A DNA stretch of 64,000 bases from an uncultured Kiloniellales bacterium (GTDB lineage Bacteria > Actinomycetota > Acidimicrobiia > Spongiisociales > UBA5794): assembly GCA_964195155.1 (NCBI GenBank), contig CAXMOP010000060.1, positions 9,860 to 73,859 of the forward strand. The letters are read 5' to 3'. This document shows, one piece after another, positions 44,115 to 54,510 of this stretch (the first letter of the stretch is position 1; each line of letters starts with the position of its first letter). The notes under the pieces are model-generated. The model was not told the DNA's origin. It made no database searches and worked only from the letters and a program-made list of their open reading frames with translations. The position numbers and the translations under genes were made by a program.

Positions 44115-45559
44115 CGCCGCCACAGCTCCCGGTTGAACAGGATGAGGATGGGCAGGATCTCGAGTCGGCCAACGATCATCAGCCCGGCGAGCAGGTACTT
44201 GCCGAGGGCGGGTACGACGAGGTAGTTCTCGGTCGGCCCCACCATGCCGAGGCCGGGGCCGACGTTGCCGATCGCCGAGGCCACCGCCGACACCGTCGAG
44301 ACGATGTCGAGGGGCGGGTCGCCGAGCGACCCGATGATCGCCAGCAGAAACGTGCCGGTCATGAAGGCAAACATGTAGAGGAGAAAGAAGGTCTGGGTGG
44401 CCTCGACGATCGTGTCCGGGACCGGCTGTCTGCCGACCCTGGTCACGAACACCCCGCGGGGGTGGATGAGCCGGCGCACATCGGCGCGCGACGCTGCGTA
44501 CAGCACGTCGAGCCGGTACACCTTGACCGAACCCGACGTCGACCCGGCCATCCCCCCGATAAACATCATGCCGACAATCATGATCTGCAGAGCCGCGCTC
44601 CACAGACCGAAGTCGACGGTGCCGAACCCGGTGGTCGTGATGATCGACACCGCCGTGAATACGGCATCGCGGATAACATCGACGACGGCACCACCCCAGG
44701 TGCCGATCGTCATCAGCACCGCAGCCAACGCCATGATCCCGAGGAATAGTCTGAACTCGAAACTCTTCCAGAACACCCGCGGGTCCCTGGCGGCGCGGAA
44801 GTGCAGTGAGAAGGAGGTTCCGGCCAGCACCATGAAGATGATCACGATCCACTGCGAATACGCCGAGAACGCGCCCAGCGATCCGGCGCTGGTGCTGAAC
44901 CCGCCCGTCGACAGCGTGGTCAGGGAATGGTTGACCGCCTCGAAGAGGGACATCTCCCCGAACCAGAGCAGCAGCGCCTCGACGGCGGTGAACACGACGT
45001 AGACCAGCCACAGCCGCTTCGCCGTCTCCCGAAAGCGCGGTGTGAGCCGGTCCGGCGTCGGTCCCGGGCTCTCCGCCCTCGCCAGCTGCATCGCCCCCAT
45101 GCCGAGCAGCGGCAGGATCGCCACCGAGAGCACGATGATTCCCATCCCACCGATCCACTGGGTGAGCGATCGCCAGAACTGAATGCCGTGGGGCAGCAGT
45201 GCAGGATCCGGCACGATTGAAGCGCCGGTCGTCGTGAACCCCGCGGTGGTCTCGAAGAACGCGTCGGTGACATTCGGAATCGAGCCGGTGAACAGGTAGG
45301 GCAGAACCCCGACCAGGCAGATCGCCGTCCAGGCGAGACCGACCGCAGCGAAACCCTCACGGGTGCTCAGCTCACCGGGCCGGTCGAACCACTTCCACAA
45401 GGCGAGACCCAATGCCACGGTGACCCCGGCCGCACCGGTGATCTGCGCCGCCACCTGCCACTCTTGATAGAGAAGGCTGACCAGCGCAGGCAGCAGCATC
45501 GCTACCCCGACCGCGGCCACGACGGCCCCGACCACGTGGAGCAGGTGGCGCCAGGACAC
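44111..45559 (-). CDS. trkH: TrkH potassium uptake protein
   Basis: GFTTTGAS, STGGFS, TTTGFG, GNVGPG pore motifs; GRLE. Confidence 0.94.
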   Translation of the reverse strand: MSWRHLLHVVGAVVAAVGVAMLLPALVSLLYQEWQVAAQITGAAGVTVALGLALWKWFDRPGELSTREGFAAVGLAWTAICLVGVLPYLFTGSIPNVTDAFFETTAGFTTTGASIVPDPALLPHGIQFWRSLTQWIGGMGIIVLSVAILPLLGMGAMQLARAESPGPTPDRLTPRFRETAKRLWLVYVVFTAVEALLLWFGEMSLFEAVNHSLTTLSTGGFSTSAGSLGAFSAYSQWIVIIFMVLAGTSFSLHFRAARDPRVFWKSFEFRLFLGIMALAAVLMTIGTWGGAVVDVIRDAVFTAVSIITTTGFGTVDFGLWSAALQIMIVGMMFIGGMAGSTSGSVKVYRLDVLYAASRADVRRLIHPRGVFVTRVGRQPVPDTIVEATQTFFLLYMFAFMTGTFLLAIIGSLGDPPLDIVSTVSAVASAIGNVGPGLGMVGPTENYLVVPALGKYLLAGLMIVGRLEILPILILFNRELWRR

Positions 45560-45563
45560 CGGT

Positions 45564-46892
45564 TCAGCCGGACAGCTTCTCGGCTGCCGGGATGCCCTCC
45601 GGGAGCGCCACCGCGATCAGGTGATCGCCTTCCTTGATCTCGGTGTTGCCGCGTGGGACGAAGGCCTCCCCGTTGCGTTGCACACCGCCGATGATGAGCG
45701 TCTTTGGCAACTTGATCTCGCGCAGGGTCTTACCGATCGCCGGGCTGGCCGATGACACCTCGAACTCGATCGCCTCAGCCCGAGACCCCGGGATGGTGAC
45801 CGCGGAGAAAATCATTCCCCGTCGCACGAAGCGCAGGATTTCGTTGGCCGCCGACAGCCGCGGGCTCACCGTTGCATCCACGGCGTCTCCTGCGAGCAGA
45901 CCGACGAGTTCTGTGTCGGTGAATCGGGCGGTGACTTCACCGGCACCAAGGGCCTTGGCCACCTGGGCTCCAAGCAGGTTGTCGCTGTCCCAGCCGGTAA
46001 GAGCCAGGACCTCGTCGGCTTTCCCAACGCCCTCTTGTCTGAGGATCCTCGGATCGGCGGGATTGCCGCATACCACCACTACCTCGGGCAGAGCCTCGGC
46101 GATTGCCCGGCACCGTACCGGATCCTCTTCGATCAACGTGGTTTTGACTCCCCGTTCCACGAGCATGGCCGCGGCCATTCGGGCCAGGCGGGTACCACCG
46201 AGGATGAACACCCTCTCCGCGGGTCGATCGGTGAGCCCGAGCAGCCGATACGGGGTGTCGGTCGCCCCGGCCTCCGCCATCACCAAGACGTGATCGCCGG
46301 CCTGTAGCTCGGTGGAGCCCCGCGCAATGAAGGTCTCCCCGTGGCGGACGACGGCGACCACCAGCCAATTCCAATCTTCGACCTGCTCGCGCAACTGGGC
46401 GAGCGAAATGCCAACCACCTCGGATTCCTTGTCGACGTATGCGCCGACCAGTACCAACCCACCCCCGGCGAACTCGACCAGCTCGGCAACATGGCCGGTG
46501 CTGACCAACACCATCAGTTCGCGGGCCGCCGCTTCCCCCGGGTCGATGACGAAGTCAACGCCGAGCGCCTCCACCTCGGCCTTGAGCTCGGGATCCTCCA
46601 CCCTGGCGACCGTGATCGGGATCCCGAGCTTGGTGGCGGCATTACACGCCAACACGTTCACGGCATCCGACGAGCTCACCGCGATGAGGAGATCGGCCTC
46701 CTTGAGACCGGCCTGGCGCAGGGTCTTCGCCGATGCCCCATTGCCGGTGATGACCAATGCGTCGAGCTCGCCCTGGACCTGGGCCGCGCGACCGGAATCG
46801 GACTCGATGACCACAACGTCTTGGCCCTCGAGCGAGAACCGCTCGGCGAGATAGGAGCCGACAGCGCCTGCACCGACGATCACGATCTTCAT
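45564..46892 (-). CDS. trkA: TrkA potassium transporter regulatory subunit
   Basis: MKIVIVGAGAVG; two RCK_N/RCK_C repeats. Confidence 0.93.
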   Translation of the reverse strand: MKIVIVGAGAVGSYLAERFSLEGQDVVVIESDSGRAAQVQGELDALVITGNGASAKTLRQAGLKEADLLIAVSSSDAVNVLACNAATKLGIPITVARVEDPELKAEVEALGVDFVIDPGEAAARELMVLVSTGHVAELVEFAGGGLVLVGAYVDKESEVVGISLAQLREQVEDWNWLVVAVVRHGETFIARGSTELQAGDHVLVMAEAGATDTPYRLLGLTDRPAERVFILGGTRLARMAAAMLVERGVKTTLIEEDPVRCRAIAEALPEVVVVCGNPADPRILRQEGVGKADEVLALTGWDSDNLLGAQVAKALGAGEVTARFTDTELVGLLAGDAVDATVSPRLSAANEILRFVRRGMIFSAVTIPGSRAEAIEFEVSSASPAIGKTLREIKLPKTLIIGGVQRNGEAFVPRGNTEIKEGDHLIAVALPEGIPAAEKLSG

Positions 46893-46925
46893 GAGGTCAC
46901 GAGGTTAGGCGTTGGCTTGGACACC

Positions 46926-46951
46926 TTCTCAGATCCTTGCGTGTCTGAGAA
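46926..46951. promoter_or_regulatory. inverted repeat in the divergent trkA/AbrB-like promoter
   Basis: TTCTCAGA-N10-TCTGAGAA. Confidence 0.5.
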
Positions 46952-46978
46952 ACGGTAGGGTGCGGCGAGGAGACGCGC

Positions 46979-47347
46979 ATGGACGATATGACCGCAAGGG
47001 TCAGCACCAAGGGCCAGTTGACTGTTCCCAAGGCGGCGCGCGATGCCCTCGGCATCAGCGGGGGAAGCCAGCTCGTCTTCCGGATCGACAATGGCCGGGC
47101 CATGATTGCCCGTACCAAACGGCTCCTCGACACTGCCGCCGCGCCCGCCGACGGGCCAACGGCGTCCTCGCAGCTGCCCTGGGATGCCAACCGGCGCTCC
47201 CGGCTCAGGGTCCGATCCAAGCCCCGCCGCACGGCACCGAAGGATCTGCCGACCTGGCAGGACCCGGCCGACGAGATCACCGTCGATCTGCGCTCCGTGC
47301 CCGAGCCTGAAGCCTTTATCCCCGAAGGAACCGCAGACGCCACCTAA
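46979..47347 (+). CDS. orphan AbrB/MazE-family DNA-binding protein
   Basis: ARVSTKGQLTVPKAARDALGI..LVF; low-complexity C-terminal tail. Confidence 0.75.
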   Translation: MDDMTARVSTKGQLTVPKAARDALGISGGSQLVFRIDNGRAMIARTKRLLDTAAAPADGPTASSQLPWDANRRSRLRVRSKPRRTAPKDLPTWQDPADEITVDLRSVPEPEAFIPEGTADAT

Positions 47348-49917
47348 GTGTGGTCTGTGTTCGCGACGACCTCACGCCCCAACGACACCGCCTCATCGAG
47401 GGTCAGCGACTGCCCCTGAGACCACGCTGCCTCGATGTCGGCATCATCCATGGCATCGGCGACCATCGATCGCACCGGCTCGAGACCGACGCTATCTGCT
47501 GAGAGACCTCCGCCCGCCTCGCCACGAAGGTGATCGGCGGCCCCGGCCAGCCGAACCGCCGGCGCCGGGCTAGTCGCGGCCACCGTGGGCGCCAGGAAGT
47601 CGATCGCCATGATCGTGCCCGAAGCGTCGTTGGCCTCGACCATGGCCTCGAGGGTCTCGGCCGCAAGAGAGATCGATTCGTCGGCCCGCCCGAGCTGGCC
47701 AAGCATGGCGCTGATCGCAAGGTCGGTCTGACGGACCTCTCCGTCGTCCCCGATTGCTGCGTATTCGGCCCGCGCCTCGATCCACGACTCCAGCGCTTCT
47801 TCGATTCTCCCCGCCTGCCAGATGTTCCAGCCGATGGCGGCAGCGACCCTGGCTGCGCCATGGGGGGCGCCGGCCTTCTCGTAGGCCGAGCGGGCCTGCT
47901 CGGCGTAGTCGCGACCGCCTTCCAGGTCGCCGAGCCATTGCGTCGTCGTGGCGAGCGCAAAGAGGGTATCGGCGACCTTCTCATCGTCGCCGAGCTCGCG
48001 ATAGAGGTCAAGCAGGTCCACGTAGAGTCGCTTCGCCGCGGCGTAGTCGGCCTGCCAGTAGGCGATGCCTGCAAGACCCTCAATGCCGGTCGCCGTTGCC
48101 TCGGTGGAGGCGCCGTCCATCGCCAACAAGAGCTCGAGCCACTCCCTGCCCTCGCGCAAATGGCCCCGCCGGTGGTAGAAGCGCCATGTGGACCCGGCGG
48201 TACGCAGGCCGGAATCCGGATCGCTGGAATCCCGCGACAGTCGCAGTACCGCGCGCAGGTTGTCGTGCTCATCGGCGAGGCGGTCGAGCCAAACCTGCTG
48301 GCTCTCCCCATCGAGCAGCGGACCTGCGGTTTCGGCGAGGTCGACGAAGTACTCGGCATGTCGGAGCGCAGCCGCATCTCGTTGGACTGCGTTGATGAGC
48401 TCCTCCAGAGCGAAGAGCCGGATCGCCTCCAACATCGAGAACCGGACCTCGCCGCGCGTGACCTGGCTTCTCAGCAGACTGCGATCGAGCAGCGCCGCCA
48501 CGCCCTCGGCCACACCGCTGGACGGGTCCACGACCGCCTCGGCCCCCTCCAGGGTGAACCCCCCGTCGAATATGCTCAGTTGCCGCAGCAGAGATTGACC
48601 CGCATTTTCCAGTAGGTCATAGCTCCACGCAATGGCATCGCTGAGCGACCGATGACGCTCGGGAACATCGGCAAGCCCGACGGCGGGGATCTCGAGCCGA
48701 TCCGAGAGCCGGTCGCGCAGGCCGCGCAAACCGAACAGCTGGATCCTCGGGGCGGTCAGCTCCAAGGCCAGTGGCAATCGTTCCAAAAGGTCGACCACTT
48801 CGTCCACCATTGGCCGAACCTCGTCGTCGAGCACGAACGACGGGTCGGCCGCCACAGCAAGCTCGGCGAACATCTCGACTGCATCGTTCGCGGCGAGCGG
48901 AGGCACCGGGTACACCCGCTCGCCGCGGATCCGCAGTGGCGTCTGGCTCGTAACCACGATCTTGACCAGGGGCGCACCGCCTAGCAGCGCCGACACGTCC
49001 TCGGACGCCGCCAGGACGTGCTCGAAGTTGTCGATCAGCAGCAGCATCGCTTTCTGCGCACTGGTATCGATCACGGTCTCGAGCAGCGAGTCGCCCGCGC
49101 CGTTGGTCACCCCCAGCCGCTCGGCAAGCTCGGTCACGACCAGCTCTGGGCTGCGCAGCGACTCCAGCGGCACGTAAAAGACACCATCGGGGAAGCCTGC
49201 CTGGAGCGTGGAGGCCACCCGCAACGCCAGCCGGGTCTTACCGGAGCCGCCGGGGCCCGTGAGGGTCACGAGCCGATACTGCTCAACGAGCTCGCTCACT
49301 TCCTCGACCTCGCTCGTCCGGCCCACAAACCCGGTTGGCTGGGTCGGTAGGTTGTTCGGCGCGACGTCGAGGGATGTAATGGGAGGAAAGTCGGTCGGCA
49401 GCCCGCGAACCACCGCCTGATAGAGGTGCTCGGCTTCTTCTATATCCTTGAATCGGTGCTCCCCCAGATCAACCAGCGTCACTTCGGGAGTCAGTGTCGA
49501 CACCGACAGGACCTGCGTTGCTTCCGAGACCAGAATCTGCCCACCGTGCCCGGACGCGGCGATTCGAGCCGCCCGGTGCACGTCCAAACCCACATAGTCG
49601 TCGCCACCCGCCACGCCCTCGCCGGTGTGCATCCCAATGCGCACCATGACCGTGCCGCCCTCTGGCCAGGCGAAATCCGCAAGCCTGCGCTGGGCGGCGC
49701 AGGCCGCCAGCAGTGCATCCGGCGCCGAGGAAAACACATAGAAGAAGGCGTCGCCTTCCGAGCGAATCTCGGTCCCGTCACCAAAGGCACCCCGAATCAC
49801 CCGGTTGTGATCCTCGAGCACCGTGACGAAGGCATCACCGAGACGTTGCAGCATGCTGGTGGATCCCTCGATGTCGGTGAAGACGAAGGTCACGGTGCCG
49901 GTGGGGAGTTCGCTCAT
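47344..49917 (-). CDS. class III adenylate/guanylate cyclase - NB-ARC-like ATPase - TPR protein
   Basis: GTVTFVFTDIEGST, EGDAFF, VHRAARI; NNLP..FVGR, GPGGSGKTRL, IDNFEHV, LPLALEL; helical repeats. Confidence 0.9.
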   Translation of the reverse strand: MSELPTGTVTFVFTDIEGSTSMLQRLGDAFVTVLEDHNRVIRGAFGDGTEIRSEGDAFFYVFSSAPDALLAACAAQRRLADFAWPEGGTVMVRIGMHTGEGVAGGDDYVGLDVHRAARIAASGHGGQILVSEATQVLSVSTLTPEVTLVDLGEHRFKDIEEAEHLYQAVVRGLPTDFPPITSLDVAPNNLPTQPTGFVGRTSEVEEVSELVEQYRLVTLTGPGGSGKTRLALRVASTLQAGFPDGVFYVPLESLRSPELVVTELAERLGVTNGAGDSLLETVIDTSAQKAMLLLIDNFEHVLAASEDVSALLGGAPLVKIVVTSQTPLRIRGERVYPVPPLAANDAVEMFAELAVAADPSFVLDDEVRPMVDEVVDLLERLPLALELTAPRIQLFGLRGLRDRLSDRLEIPAVGLADVPERHRSLSDAIAWSYDLLENAGQSLLRQLSIFDGGFTLEGAEAVVDPSSGVAEGVAALLDRSLLRSQVTRGEVRFSMLEAIRLFALEELINAVQRDAAALRHAEYFVDLAETAGPLLDGESQQVWLDRLADEHDNLRAVLRLSRDSSDPDSGLRTAGSTWRFYHRRGHLREGREWLELLLAMDGASTEATATGIEGLAGIAYWQADYAAAKRLYVDLLDLYRELGDDEKVADTLFALATTTQWLGDLEGGRDYAEQARSAYEKAGAPHGAARVAAAIGWNIWQAGRIEEALESWIEARAEYAAIGDDGEVRQTDLAISAMLGQLGRADESISLAAETLEAMVEANDASGTIMAIDFLAPTVAATSPAPAVRLAGAADHLRGEAGGGLSADSVGLEPVRSMVADAMDDADIEAAWSQGQSLTLDEAVSLGREVVANTDHT

Positions 49918-50265
49918 CGCAGCCCATGTTGGCATGGGTTCGAACCGGCCGACATGGAGACCAGCTTCCCGGTGATGATCGACTCGTACGAGGCCGACTG
50001 ATGGTTAAGCGTCTTTCAAAAGCCCGATAAGGAACACGCTCGCTCGAATCGCAGAAACGGCCGCAGCCAAAGGATCCTCGCCCCATATCGCTCGGCAACG
50101 GGCGACGGCGCCAGATTGACCATGCGAAGACCTCCGGTAGCTTCGCGGTGGAGCCAAGTTTGCGACGGCGGGCCTTGGAGAGAACGCCCGGCCGGCAGTG
50201 CGGCTGAGAAGCACTGCCGGCCGGCGAGCTACCGGCAAATACCCATCCCGTGTTCAATGGCTCCC

Positions 50266-50760
50266 ATGAAGATGACCATCGTCGCCGCGGCAACACTGAC
50301 GATGGTGGCCGTCTCCTGCCAGGCCGCCGACAGCGAGCCAACTTCCTCGACCGCGGTCACACCGTCCACGTCTCTGTCGACTATCACCGCAACGACCTCA
50401 GCAACCACCACGACCATCAACGTGCCAACCGAGGTCGCAAGAACCATCGACGCCGAAGCGACGATCGACGGCAACACGGTGACGGTCGAGGTGGTCGCCC
50501 GCAGCTTCGACGTTGCCTTCGTCTCCGGCGACACCAGTGGCGAAACCGGTCACCTCCATCTCTACGTCGACCGGGATCCGCCGGCGCCTGGCGATGTGGT
50601 GCCGCTTGGCCCCAGCGATGTCATTCACACCCTCGGCACGACCCTCTCTGTCGCGTTGGAGCCGGGCGAGCACACCCTGTGGGTGGTGGCCGCGGACGGT
50701 GCCGACCGGGCACTGATCCCGCCAGAGCCGGTGCGGCTCGACATCATGATCGAGGGCTGA
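50266..50760 (+). CDS. lipoprotein, DUF4399-like
   Basis: Lipobox-like VAVSC; Thr-rich linker; GHLHLYVD, LEPGEHTL. Confidence 0.65.
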   Translation: MKMTIVAAATLTMVAVSCQAADSEPTSSTAVTPSTSLSTITATTSATTTTINVPTEVARTIDAEATIDGNTVTVEVVARSFDVAFVSGDTSGETGHLHLYVDRDPPAPGDVVPLGPSDVIHTLGTTLSVALEPGEHTLWVVAADGADRALIPPEPVRLDIMIEG

Positions 50761-50783
50761 GGCACCCGGCAGCCTCTCACCCG

Positions 50784-50891
50784 ATGGAGCCCATCACCGG
50801 CTACGCAACGCTCGGCCAAGGCTCCGACCTCGCCTTCGAAGACCGCGGCATCCACTCGCTCAAAGGCATCGACGATGACTGGCATCTCTAG
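50784..50891 (+). pseudogene. remnant of a class III cyclase C-terminus
   Basis: GSDLAFEDRGIHSLKGIDDDWHL* resembles the FEDRGxHxLKG end of cyclase domains; no upstream domain. Confidence 0.5.
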
Positions 50892-50952
50892 GCCGTAACC
50901 GTCTGATTCGCGCCGGCTCAAGCGGTCGGTCCTGCGCTGCCGATGATCTGGT

Positions 50953-52725
50953 GTGTCGGTTGATCTTTACCCCGCCCCGGTCGCTCCCAACGACCCATCA
51001 CCGTCCGGTCGGCCGTTGTGGCTGCTCGTCCCCGCCGCTTTGCTCGTGGCCGCCATCGCGATGTTGTGGTGGATCCTGAGCGCGGACGGTGAAGAAGACC
51101 CCGCCGAGCCAGGACAGGCGCGGGCAACAACGACCATCCCGGCCACACCGACCACCGCGACACTAAGCACCACGGACGCTTCCGGTTCGGACACGACGCT
51201 CGGGATTGGGGCGGACAACGCGCCGGGTTCGATCGCCGTTGCCTACTGGGAGCTTCGGATCGGGGATTGTTTCCTCTCCCCCGACTACGACGAAGATTGG
51301 TCCGTCGGTGTAGTCCCGTGTGGTACCCCGCACGGTTTCGAGATGTACGAGATCTTCTACCTCGACGACACGACCGAGGCCACCGTAGAGGCCATCGACG
51401 AGGCGGCATCGGCGGGTTGCGCCGCCGCACTCCCGGCGGCGGCTGCGACCTTCGGCAGCTGGGTTCCCACCGTCGAGGAGCTTGGCGATGGGTTCCTCGA
51501 CATTGGGTGCTACGCCATCCTCGACTCCGAGCAGGTCGGCTCGATCCGAGCGCCAATCCCGCCGGGCCCGATCGCCGATCAGGTGGCCGAGGTCATGGCA
51601 GCGGTCGAGGAGCTGCGTGGGCTTTCCTTCCTCTCCGTCCCCGAGATCAGCATGATTTCCCGTTCGGAGCTGGTCGAGGGCCTGGAACAACTGGTAGCTG
51701 AGGATCTGGCGTCGGGTGATCCCCTGTGCGAGCTGTTCCGCCCCGCCGACCCGTGCGGTGTAGATTCGGCGCAGGCCATTGCCACCCAGACCCTCGCCTA
51801 CTACGACGGCGAGACCGGGATCATCACGGTTCCCTTGGACGGCGAGACGCTCAGCCCGTGGGAGCTGGCATCCCTTGCCCATGAGCTGGCCCACTCCCTG
51901 ACTGACGGTCACTTCCGGTGGACCCAAGAAGGAAACCTCTTGTGGTGGGAGGGGTCGACGGATGCCTGGTACGCGCTGGACGCCGTCATCGAGGGCGACG
52001 CGCAACTCCTCGAGGCACGCTACATCGAGCAATACTTCGACGAGGACGACCTGACCGCCTACGACGCGGCCTATGAGGGAGCGACTCGCGATGCACCTGC
52101 TGCGCCCCTGTTCTCGGAAGCCGAGGCCACCTTCACCTACGGCGAGGGGCTGGAGTACGTGTCGGCTTTGGACACTGCGGGGGGTCTCGATGCGGTGAAT
52201 CAGGCCTATCTGAGGCCGGCGCCGGCGACCGAGTGGATCCTCTCCGGGCCGGACGGGGTTACCGACCGGCCGGTCGACGTCGATGGCCAGCTGCCATTTG
52301 CCCCGAACCGTTACTACCTCAGCTCATTCGGCGATTGGGGCACCCTGGAGTGGTATCGGCTGCTGTGGGAGGACCCCGACGTCTCCCAGATCGTGGCCGG
52401 TTGGGGTGGAGGCGGTTACTCGCTGTACGAGAATGAGCGCGGCGAGCTGCTGCTTTCAGTGACCCACGTCGGTGACGACGAGGCATCCGTCCAGCGGCTG
52501 TTCGATGCCCTCACCGAGCAGCTTCCGACCACGATGGCCGTCGATTCCATCGAGCCCGCCGGGTCCACATTCACCGCGACCGGCGACGACTTTCTGTGGA
52601 TCAGCGTCGAGGGAAGGGAGCTGAGACTGATCGTCGCCGAAACTCCCCGGGACGGCGCGATGGTCATGCACAAACTCGTCGGCTGGGAAGACGCCGTCGA
52701 GGAAGGCACCGTCCCAACGAACTGA
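50953..52725 (+). CDS. membrane-anchored protein with septum-formation-like domain and HExxH metallopeptidase-like domain
   Basis: TM; LRIGDCF..VVPCGTPHGFE; LAYYD, LAHELAHSL, IEGDA, FTYGEG. Confidence 0.7.
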   Translation: MSVDLYPAPVAPNDPSPSGRPLWLLVPAALLVAAIAMLWWILSADGEEDPAEPGQARATTTIPATPTTATLSTTDASGSDTTLGIGADNAPGSIAVAYWELRIGDCFLSPDYDEDWSVGVVPCGTPHGFEMYEIFYLDDTTEATVEAIDEAASAGCAAALPAAAATFGSWVPTVEELGDGFLDIGCYAILDSEQVGSIRAPIPPGPIADQVAEVMAAVEELRGLSFLSVPEISMISRSELVEGLEQLVAEDLASGDPLCELFRPADPCGVDSAQAIATQTLAYYDGETGIITVPLDGETLSPWELASLAHELAHSLTDGHFRWTQEGNLLWWEGSTDAWYALDAVIEGDAQLLEARYIEQYFDEDDLTAYDAAYEGATRDAPAAPLFSEAEATFTYGEGLEYVSALDTAGGLDAVNQAYLRPAPATEWILSGPDGVTDRPVDVDGQLPFAPNRYYLSSFGDWGTLEWYRLLWEDPDVSQIVAGWGGGGYSLYENERGELLLSVTHVGDDEASVQRLFDALTEQLPTTMAVDSIEPAGSTFTATGDDFLWISVEGRELRLIVAETPRDGAMVMHKLVGWEDAVEEGTVPTN

Positions 52726-52728
52726 TGG

Positions 52729-52774
52729 TTCTTGCGTAGCGTGGTCAGGTATACCGGACCACGCTACGCAAGAA
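52729..52774. repeat. REP-like palindrome A
   Basis: TTCTTGCGTAGCGTGGTC-aGGTATACCg-GACCACGCTACGCAAGAA. Confidence 0.85.
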
Positions 52775-52782
52775 GGGTTGGG

Positions 52783-54375
52783 CTAGACGGCGACCTGCTC
52801 GGAGGCTTGCTCGTTGTCCGATCCGCCGAACACCTCCTCTGCCGATGCCTGGGTCGCCCGCATGCGCCTTGGGATCAAGGTGAACGCAATGACGACGGCG
52901 GTCACCAGCACGGCTGCGGAGATCCGGAAACCGGACACCATGGCGTCGACAAACGCCTGGTTCGCCGCAGGGATCACCACCGCGGCAATACTTTCCGGCA
53001 GCTCGGCCGAGATCGCCGAGGCAACCCCGACCCCCTCGCCCACCAGCTCGACGACCTCATCGGGAACGACCCCGATCAGCGCATCGTCGACGTTGGACCG
53101 GTACAAACTCGACACAATCGATCCGATGGTGGCGATGCCGAGGGCACCGCCGAGCTCCCGACTCACATCGTTGACCGCAGAGCCGACGCCGGCGTCGGCC
53201 TCAGGGACCGCCGCCATCACCGTGTCGGTCAGCGCCGGCATGCCGAGCCCCGCCCCGAACCCGAAGATCCCGAGCGGGATGATCACCGCCAGCGTCGAGG
53301 AATCCTGCGTGATTCCGGTGAGTAGCAGGACCCCGCCAATCATGGCTGCGGCCATGGCCAGCACCAGATACCGCGGGCCGATCCTCTTCACGAGGGCGCC
53401 GGAGAGCGGCGCTCCCATCATCATCCCGACCGAGGCCGGGATGATCAGCAGACCCGCGGCGAACGCGGTGCGGCCCTGCACGATCTGGAAGTACTGCGTC
53501 AGGAAGAAGAAGGTCACCAGCATCCCGAAAATGATCAGGCCAAGCGAGAGCACGGCTCCGGTGAAGTCCTTCTGCCGGAAGAACTTCAGGGGAAGCATCG
53601 GTGCATCGCTTCTGATCTCGACGTAGGCGAAGGCCGAGAGCAAGAAGGCGGCCAGCGTGAAGAAGAAGACGATCACCGGTGACGTCCAGCCGAACTCCGG
53701 ACCCTGAATGATCGCGTATACGAGAGCGATCAGCCCGGTGGTACCAAGCACCGCACCCGGAACATCGAGCCCGAGGTTGCGCTCGTCCTTCGACTCGGGA
53801 ACGAAGACCATCCCGGCCAGGGCAAGGGCGAGGATCGGAATGTGCAGGAAGAACACGGCCGACCAACCCACGTTGTCGACGAGCCAGCCGCCCAGAACCG
53901 GCCCGAGGCCGATGCCGAGGGCACCGACGGCGGTCCAGATTCCAATGGCCTTGGCCCTCTCGCCGCGGGGGAACACGTTGGTGATGATCGACAGCGTCGC
54001 CGGAAGCACCAGCGCCGCGCCGAGGCCTTGGACGCCACGGAAGATCACCAGCTGGGCCGATGAGTCCGCCATCCCCGCCCCGATCGAGCCAAGCGCGAAG
54101 ATGAGCAACCCAATAATCATCCATCGCTTTCTGCCGTACCGGTCACCGAGGCTCCCACCCAGGAGCAGCAGGCCGGCAAGCACCAGCACATAGGAGTCGA
54201 CGACCCATTGCAGGGTCGAGATCGATGCTCCGAGGTCGACTGAGATCGCCGGCAACGCGGTATTGACCACCGTGTTGTCGAGGAAGACGATCAGCGTCCC
54301 CACAGACATGACGGCGAGCACCAGCCAGCGGTTCACCGTGGCTTTGGTGTTATTCGAATTCAGTGTGGTGGACAT
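52783..54375 (-). CDS. DHA2-family MFS efflux transporter
   Basis: LDNTVVNTALP, LGDRYGRKR, GPVLGGWL; many TM segments. Confidence 0.92.
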   Translation of the reverse strand: MSTTLNSNNTKATVNRWLVLAVMSVGTLIVFLDNTVVNTALPAISVDLGASISTLQWVVDSYVLVLAGLLLLGGSLGDRYGRKRWMIIGLLIFALGSIGAGMADSSAQLVIFRGVQGLGAALVLPATLSIITNVFPRGERAKAIGIWTAVGALGIGLGPVLGGWLVDNVGWSAVFFLHIPILALALAGMVFVPESKDERNLGLDVPGAVLGTTGLIALVYAIIQGPEFGWTSPVIVFFFTLAAFLLSAFAYVEIRSDAPMLPLKFFRQKDFTGAVLSLGLIIFGMLVTFFFLTQYFQIVQGRTAFAAGLLIIPASVGMMMGAPLSGALVKRIGPRYLVLAMAAAMIGGVLLLTGITQDSSTLAVIIPLGIFGFGAGLGMPALTDTVMAAVPEADAGVGSAVNDVSRELGGALGIATIGSIVSSLYRSNVDDALIGVVPDEVVELVGEGVGVASAISAELPESIAAVVIPAANQAFVDAMVSGFRISAAVLVTAVVIAFTLIPRRMRATQASAEEVFGGSDNEQASEQVAV

Positions 54376-54446
54376 GTGTACTTCCTTTGTCCACAGACAT
54401 CTAGCCTGTTATCCAGATGCGAGTTCGGACGACTGTACAACATAGT

Positions 54447-54460
54447 TAGACACTTGTCTA
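54447..54460. promoter_or_regulatory. putative TetR operator
   Basis: TAGACA-CT-TGTCTA between the divergent MFS and TetR genes. Confidence 0.65.
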
Positions 54461-54510
54461 GTCGAAGATCTGTACTATGGTGTGAACAGGCAACCAGTGG
54501 AGATGGTGCG

